Assembly: GCA_964016885.1 (NCBI GenBank)
Contig: OZ024751.1
Span: 15,810,001-15,874,000, forward strand
Direction: 5' to 3'
Length of the DNA stretch: 64,000 nt
DNA from: Eledone cirrhosa
Lineage: Eukaryota
Of this stretch, positions 55,906-64,000 are shown in pieces (within the stretch, counting starts at the first letter, position 1; each line of letters begins with the position of its first letter). Position numbers and translations under genes: made by a program. Under the pieces are notes generated by a model, which had not been told where the DNA came from, ran no database searches, and saw nothing but the letters and a program-made list of their open reading frames with translations.

Positions 55906-58613
55906 TGTTTGCCATATACTTTGCAATGGTTTTCTGTATTGCATTCAGGAATTGCGAGCATGGTGTTTACATCCGATATCGAACCTCAGGCAGCATATTA
56001 AACATCAGGCGCTTTGCTGCGAAGACAAAAGTATTTACATCAATCATAAGAGACCTCTTGTATGCAGATGATTGCGATCTTGTAGCGCACACAGAGAGTG
56101 ATATGCAGCACATTTTGAATGCATTTTCTGACGCTTGCACTGCCCTGGGTTTGACTGTCAGTCTCAAGAAAACCGTTGTCATGTACCAACCTGCCCCTAG
56201 TAAGCAGTACACTGAACCAAACATCTATGTGTATGGCAAACGACTTGGAGTGGTTGATCAGTTCGTCTACTTGGGAAGCACTGTCAATCGATACAGCAAC
56301 CTTGACAGTGAAATCTCACTTAGGATTAGGAAAGCAAGTGATGCTTTCGGAAAGCTAGAAAGGCGACTCTGGGGTCGGCGAGACATATGCAGGAGGACAA
56401 AGGTAAAGGTGTACAGGGCATGTGTACTTTCTTGTCTTCTTTATCCCTGCGAGACCTGGGTCATATATCTACATCACCTTAAGCAATTGGAGCGTTTCCA
56501 TCAGATGTGTCTCAGACGGATCCATGGCATTCATTGGAGGGACCACATCAGTGATGACGAGATTTTGGAAAGCTCTATGTGTGACAGTATAGAAGCTCTT
56601 GTGCTTAAGCAACGACTCCGTTGGAGTGGTCACCTTGCCAGGATGAAGGATTCTAGAATACCAAAACAACTCTTCTATGGAGAGTTGGTTAAAGGAAAAC
56701 GACCGCCACATAAACCAAAAAAGAGGTATAAGGATTCCTTGAAAGCCTCTCTGAAAGACGCTAACATCTCTGCTGATACATGGGAAAATATTGCTGCTGA
56801 TCGTAATAAATGGAGAAAGACTGTATATGAGGGAAAAGTTGCCTTTGAGGCATCTCGATCGCACACGAGAAAGTAAAGCGGGATGTGAGGAAGGGCATTG
56901 CTGTTGCACTTCCAGACGGCGAGAGTCCTCCTATGGTGCTGACATGCAGCGTCTGTACGAGACTCTGCCTAAGCAAAGCTGGACTCGAAAGTCATCTTCG
57001 CAGTCATAAAGTAATACCAGTGGTTGACTACCAGGCTGCTGTTGGAGATGCTACTCATCATGCTTGCCAAACATGTGGTAGAGAATGTAAATCAGCAGGA
57101 GGGCTCAAGCGACATGCAAAAGTACACGAACTCCAACCACAGCCGACTAATCCCAGTGAATGTTTTGGTTGCCGACTCTGTGCAAGGCATTGTAGATCAT
57201 TGGCTGGGCTAAAAAGCCACATTCGATCGCAGCACTATTAGTTGTTATCGTGTGTGTGTGTGAGTAGATATGCTTATGTGCGTGCGTGTGTGTGTATATA
57301 TATATGAATATGTATATTACTATTGTTGTTGTCGTTATTATTATTATTGCTATTATTATTGTTATTGTTATTCCTTGAATCTCAGTCATTGATGTTGGTT
57401 AACTGGAAAGTCCGTTGGATTGAATATCAAGCCACTACCTGCAGCCTCAGATATTCAGGACGTATCGGAGGGTTCTTGCCGTTCCAAGCAAGCATGCCTT
57501 TTGAAGCGTTCCAAAAAGCGTGAAGGGGCCGATTTTCTTTAACCATCCCTGGAAACCTTTGGAGATAGTCCCCAGTGCGCCTATGACAATCGGGATCACT
57601 TTGACTTCATGGCATTATTATTATTAGCGAAGACCGAGAGGGAGCGCCTGGAGACTGGAATGTCTTCAGGCGCTCACAGCCCTCGACCAATCGGGCAATG
57701 TGATCGGTGGAAACTCCACCTCGGCGTTCTATAGAGGATTAGTGGAGGGGAAGAACGACGACGTACTTGGGGAAACTCTAGGCGTCGACGAAAATCAACT
57801 AGCCAATCTCTTCGGAAGAACTTTCGGGCCAGGGCCTATGGACAACTTCCAGAAATCTCTGGCCTGGCAGTGCTACCGAGGAGCCTTGCCAGTTCGGGAT
57901 AAACTCTACAGGCATGGAGGTGCCGTCAGCCGGGCATGTCCGAGATGCGCGCAGGGCGACGAAACCGTCCTGCACGCACTCGTCCAGTGTCCGAAAATTG
58001 CTGACTTGTGGGTTTATGTCGAACACCTGCTGTCGCGTTTAGGACGGATCCAGCTATCATCTGAGTCCATCGTGAGGATTGCCCCGCCCTCCTCCTTTAG
58101 CCGGGAAGGGCAGGCAGTTTTTATCTGTCTGGTGGCCATGGCGAAAGAGATAGTATGGTGGACACGTTTGAAAGGGCTGAAGACGAGCACTTACCTCTTC
58201 GGTGATGCTCTGATTGACTTTTTCAAATTTCATTTGAAAAGGAAAATCAGAGTAGAGAGGGAAGTGCTCTCTTCCCAGCATTTTGTTGAAAGATGGGTGA
58301 GAGAAGCAAGAATGGCCCGAGTGAATGGGCCGACTCTGAGTATATATCTGTAAACTAAAGGTGGAAAACTGGGAGAGGGCACTTGCCTTGGTGGTCAGGG
58401 TCATTGTGGCTTTTTACTGGGCTTTCTCCACAAATGTCCCTCCGAAGTCTCCCCCCTATTGGGGAATTTTTCATTGTTATTTTCATTGTTATTTTTGTTA
58501 CATCCTCTGTTTTTGTTTTTTTACACGCAGAAATGCCCATTTGTACCGTCCTGCATTGTCCTGCACTGTCCTTAATGTCTACTTTATGTAAACCCTTGTG
58601 GTTAATAAAGAAA

Positions 58614-58654
<41 letters not shown>

Positions 58655-58718
58655 GTTATTAATGTATGTGTGTGTGTGTATATGTGTGTGTGTATGTGTA
58701 TGTATGTGTATATATATA

Positions 58719-58761
<43 letters not shown>

Positions 58762-58901
58762 CTTCTTTTTTTTTTATTTATTTATTTATTATTATTATTA
58801 TTAATATTATTATTATTATTATTATTATTTTATTTTATTTATTTATTTATTTTTTTTTTCTCGTGCAATGGCCATACTCGATAACGAAGGGGCAGCCATC
58901 A
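55906..58901 (+). mobile_element. 5'-truncated RTE copy 2; 3'UTR interrupted by Dong and Tx1 insertions
   Basis: 55906-57240 aligns to 34655-35860; terminus resumes at 58860-58901. Confidence 0.95.
57628..58615 (+). mobile_element. Tx1/L1-like LINE 3' fragment (zf-RVT-type CCHC) inside (TTA)n
   Basis: AWQCYRGALPVRDKL...CPRC...ETVLHALVQC...W; (TTA)n at both ends. Confidence 0.9.
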
Positions 58902-58945
58902 TGTATATATGTATGTATGTATGTATATATATATATATATGTATG

Positions 58946-58977
<32 letters not shown>

Positions 58978-59065
58978 TGTATGTATGTATGTATGTATGT
59001 ATGTATGTATGTATGTATATGTATGTATGTATGTGTGTATGTATGTATGTATGTATGTATGTATG

Positions 59066-59099
<34 letters not shown>

Positions 59100-59107
59100 T
59101 ATATATG

Positions 59108-59139
<32 letters not shown>

Positions 59140-59175
59140 TGTATGTATGTATATATATGTATGTATGTATGTATG

Positions 59176-59211
<36 letters not shown>

Positions 59212-59287
59212 TGTATGTATGTATGTATGTATGTATGTATATATATATGAATGTATATATATATGTATGTATGTATATATGTATGTA

Positions 59288-59883
59288 TGGTGCTACTGGT
59301 AACATGTATCCCAGCACAACCTGTCTCATGGTCGGGTCGTTGGCGACTAAACTGGCAACCCCACCAAGGTTTCTAGGTGAGGAGGGTGACTTTGGACATC
59401 CTGCAGGACTAATAACAAAATCTGTCAAAGGGAAAAGGAGCTCTTAAGAGTCAATGGCCATCCAAAATCACCGGGAGAGATGACCCCTTAGCCTTTGTCA
59501 AGGCAGAATTCTAGGAGAAGGAAAACTCTGATATAACACCTGCAAACCTGATGGTATCCAATGATGTTGACTTGTTTTTCTTTTTGGTAAATATCATCTT
59601 GGTTAAGAGAGTGGGACTGGCTTTGTGCAGTGCCTTTGCTCACTATAAAAGCTTCACGGCACAGGCATTGCTTTATATCTGGAGATCTCTCTGCACTTGT
59701 TGTCACATGGTACCATGGGCCCGGCACTATGTGTCAATAATTGTCACAAGTGTAGTGTTTGTACCAGAGTTTTCAAGTCGCTGGCTGGACTAAAAAGTCA
59801 CACTTGTTCAGCGCATCGGTAGGGGTTCTCCTACATGGATATAAAGTAGTGGCCGTACTCGAAAACGAGTTGGCAGCCACCAT
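59288..59883 (+). mobile_element. Non-autonomous RTE derivative, copy 4 (copy 5 at 62661-62984)
   Basis: Near-identical sequence, (TATG)n flanks. Confidence 0.9.
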
Positions 59884-60139
59884 GTATGTATGTATGTATG
59901 TATGTATGTATGTATGTATGTATGTATGTATGTATGTATGTATGCATGCATGTATGCATACATACATTCATACAGACCAACTGAGGTTTATTTATCGTGG
60001 AATTGCCAAAGGAGGTTTATTTTTCAACATAGTCAATAAAAATAAACAATGCAGTTATTAATAAGTGTTGACATTAATAAATGAAAGATTTCAAAGCCCT
60101 AGCATTACTCTTTCATAGTCAGCCAATGAACCTTGCTGC

Positions 60140-60368
60140 TGATCTGGTAAATAAAATTTGATATGTGAGATGAGAATTGATATCGGAAATTAGATTGGAT
60201 CCGTAATATTGGATTGAACCTGTGAGTTGAGTTTTGATCTAGGAGGTGAGATTTGATTTGAGATAAGATTTGATCTGGCAAATGAGATTTGATATGAGAG
60301 ATGAGAATTGATATGGGAAATTAGATTTCGTCTGAGATGAATTATGATATGTGAGATAAGATTTGATC
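60140..60368. repeat. Degenerate ~20-bp minisatellite
   Basis: Recurrent gagatgagatttgatat/ctg. Confidence 0.8.
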
Positions 60369-61014
60369 GGTGGATACTCTAGAGTAACAACAAAGACATT
60401 GAGACAAAGATAATACAGATTCGGAAAATGAAACTGGTGAATCTCTTATCGGTAGAATGAGTCTGTTCTACGGTGTCTAATTTAGTCTCACATATGCGAG
60501 GTCTTCAGTGACACTCTCAAAATCATACATAATATATCATCATCATATTCATCATCATCGTTTAACGTCCATTTTTTCCATATATATATATATATCTATA
60601 TATAAGTTTAGAATGAAATATTTTCAAATAAGCAAGCAGATAAGGAAAGGTGAAAAAGTTATTACAGCTCAAAACATGAGATTTATTACAACTCAGAAAG
60701 CTACTTACAATTTTATTCGCATGAAATCCATATTTTAGACATTTAAGTAGAGCATTGAAAAAAAGAGCAAAGACTGTTAATTATATTATATTTTAATTAA
60801 CGCACGTTTCTTCCAAGTTAAGAAACAAAAAATTAATTATTAGTTAATCAATTATATGAACAACTGATTGGATTCATCAGAATTAATAAAAAATACTAGA
60901 AACATTTTTACCTCTTCGAGCCATTTTTCATACAACCTTACAGCAACGGTTGATGTTTACATTACGTGTGTTAATTAAAATATAATATAATTAACACTCT
61001 TTGGTCTTCTCTTC

Positions 61015-61084
<70 letters not shown>

Positions 61085-61207
61085 GTAGGTCCAAAGAATC
61101 ATTAGGTAAAATATATACAGTATTTCTCCTCCCAATCAGTGTAAATCAACCACACAAAAAAATCATTTAAACGAGGCTATAAGTTTAAAATGTACTTATG
61201 AAGAAAT

Positions 61208-61258
<51 letters not shown>

Positions 61259-61368
61259 CATATATATATTTATATATATATATGTAATATAATTGTATAC
61301 AAAATGTTGAATTAAAAATAGGACTGTGGATACTAAGAAATATTAAATATTAAAAAAAGACGTGGGTG

Positions 61369-61519
<151 letters not shown>

Positions 61520-62112
61520 GATGAGATATATATATATATATACAGATACACATGCACACAGACGCACACACACGCACACACAAACATATTTATATATATA
61601 AAGGGAATTAAATAAAAGAATAACGATGCCAAGTGAAAGTTAAGTTAATACATTATCAGAGCCAGTAATATCTCAAACGTGACATACATTTCAATATACA
61701 GTGTTTTGGTGAATCAACCAACGGGGGCAAGAGATTTGATTTTGTAAACCTTGCATAATTGTCATTCTGCCTAAATTGTGTCGTGATTAAACTTCATATA
61801 ATTAAAGAAATTTGTGATGATATGAAACAGAACTGAACTCAAATAATTGGAAAACATTGATTTCTACATCTGAGAAGGTTTAATTAGAAGGATTTAAATG
61901 TGGTTTATATGAAAGGAAAATTGATAAACATACATATACACTAATATATACACACACTCACACACCCTCTCCCCCTCTCTCTCTCTCTTCTCTCTCTCTC
62001 TCTTTATATATATATATATATATATATAAACACACTCATACCCACAGATAAACATATAAACTTACATTCGTATATACTGATATAAATTCGTACATACATA
62101 CATACACATATT

Positions 62113-62171
<59 letters not shown>

Positions 62172-62186
62172 ATATATATGTATATA

Positions 62187-62285
<99 letters not shown>

Positions 62286-63068
62286 AGTATCGAGAGAAGA
62301 AGAGATAGGCGATACATATAGTTATTTGCCAATAGCATATGCAAATGTGTTCAATACTTGTGCCTGTAGTATTAAATATTGGAAGTGTTAATATCTCGTC
62401 GGCGAGAAAATAAGCAGAGCCGATATAAGTGAAAAAATATATAAAGAAGAACAAACCGTTAAAATATGTTTAACATAAATATTTAAAACATAAATAAACA
62501 TGTTTTAACGGTTTGCTCTCCTTTATATATTTTTTCACTATATATATATATATATTTATATATATTTATATATATTTATATATATATATGTATGTATATA
62601 TATGAATATACATATATAAACATATATATACATATATATACATATATATACATATAAGTCAAATGATGTTGACTTGTTCTTCTTTTTGGTAAATATCATC
62701 TTGGTTAAGAGAGTGGGACTGGCTTTGTGCAGAGCCTTTGCTCACTATAAAAGCTTCACGGCACAGGCATTTCTTTATATCTGCAGATCTCTCTGCACTT
62801 GTCGTCACATGGCACCATGGGCCCAGCACTATGTGTCAATAATTGTCACAAGTGTAGTGTTTGTACCAGAGTTTTCAAGTCGCTGGCTGGACTAAAAAGT
62901 CACACTCGTTCAGCGTATCGGTAGGGGTTCTCCTACATGGATATAAAGTAGAGCCGTACTCGAAAACGAGTTGGCAACCACCATATATATGTATATATAT
63001 ATATATATATAATATAAGATCAAAAGATGGTTAAAAGAGTTCCAAGTATTTTATTATGCGCATTTCAA

Positions 63069-63100
<32 letters not shown>

Positions 63101-63177
63101 ATCCTTATCGAGGCCTCTTCAGATTTTAGTCTTCACAGTTATTACTATATACATATATATATATATCCTTTTCATCC

Positions 63178-63408
63178 CATCATCATATCTGAGGGTCAAG
63201 GGTGATAGACTTATGGACCAGCACTCTCCATCTCTTCCTGTCTCGTGCCACTGCCATACAATCCGTCAACCTCATCCCCGTCCATTCTTTAATTTCATCT
63301 GCCTATGTCCTTTTCTGCCGTCCCCTGGCAATTCCCCCCTGTATTTTTCCCTCAAGGATGTGGGTAGTCAAATGTTGGGCCCTGATGACATGACCAAAAT
63401 ACTGAAGT
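63178..63408 (-). mobile_element. RTE-like LINE 3' fragment
   Basis: LQYFGHVIR...ILEGKIQG..ARGRQKRT...IKEWTG...ARDRKRWR; (ATG)n tail. Confidence 0.8.
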
Positions 63409-63580
63409 ATATATATATATATATATATATATTAAATTCAAAAGTATATATGTATATAATTAGACATAGTCACATATACATATATGAGATTGGCTACCTT
63501 TCACGGTGTGGCTCAATGAAGAATTAATTAAGCAAATAATTATTAATCAGAGCTATATATAAAATTGCAAGTTTGAAAAA

Positions 63581-64000
63581 TTATTAGATAAAATATATAC
63601 AGCATTTCCTCTCCCTAGTCCGTAGAAATCAACCACATAAATAATCATTTAAACGCGGCTATAAGTTTAAAAATGTAACTATGATCCAGGATCCAAGATC
63701 GGATATATCCGCAGAAAAGAAACGAAATTGCCGGTAGTCGGGACTAGAGGAATGTTGGTAAAGTTCTATTTTACACCTAACTCCGTGTAGTTGATTATTT
63801 GTCGAGTCAATTTCTACGGGCTAAAAGGAATGACTAGATAAATTTTATCTGGCTGTCCCTCACGGAAGATAGCCTGTATCATTTGTCTATTATTTCTTCA
63901 TAGTTACACTTTAAACTGATAGCCTCGTTTAAATGATTATTTATGTGGTCGATTTCTACAGACTAGGAAGAGGAAATACTGTATATATTTTATCTAATAA
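63581..64000. repeat. Inverted pair of Penelope-like LTR fragments
   Basis: 63581-63684 versus 63898-64000; same family at 43815-43950, 44640-44760, 61085-61208. Confidence 0.8.

Noticed and set aside
60700-60780. Possible small minus-strand exon with gtaagt donor
   Set aside because: The acceptor lies inside an inverted repeat arm of a Penelope-like fragment.

Overview
AT-rich, microsatellite-saturated eukaryotic DNA. The SINE/LINE repertoire looks coleoid cephalopod (octopus-like); this is an inference. No complete host gene is visible, only one plausible internal exon (28884-29099, minus). The rest is a mosaic of decayed mobile elements: a Helitron, a Chapaev3-type transposon, hAT and mariner MITEs, HERO-, Dong/R4-, Tx1-, RTE- and Daphne-like LINE pieces, about 20 tRNA-derived SINEs, and Penelope-like LTR fragments with hammerhead ribozymes. 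The most notable signals are: (1) LINE clades partition microsatellites, with R4-like elements and an RTE family in (TATG)n, Tx1/Dong in (TTA/TAA)n and Penelope-like pieces in (TA)n, and the RTE 3'UTR itself supplies the (TTA)n landing pads; (2) more than 12 short fold-back inverted duplications, nearly all anchored on (TA)n, one demonstrably copied from a neighbouring SINE with its flank; (3) hammerheads with expanded stem II; (4) a bipartite non-autonomous RTE derivative that keeps a C2H2 finger. All calls are by eye; clade names and boundaries need database confirmation.
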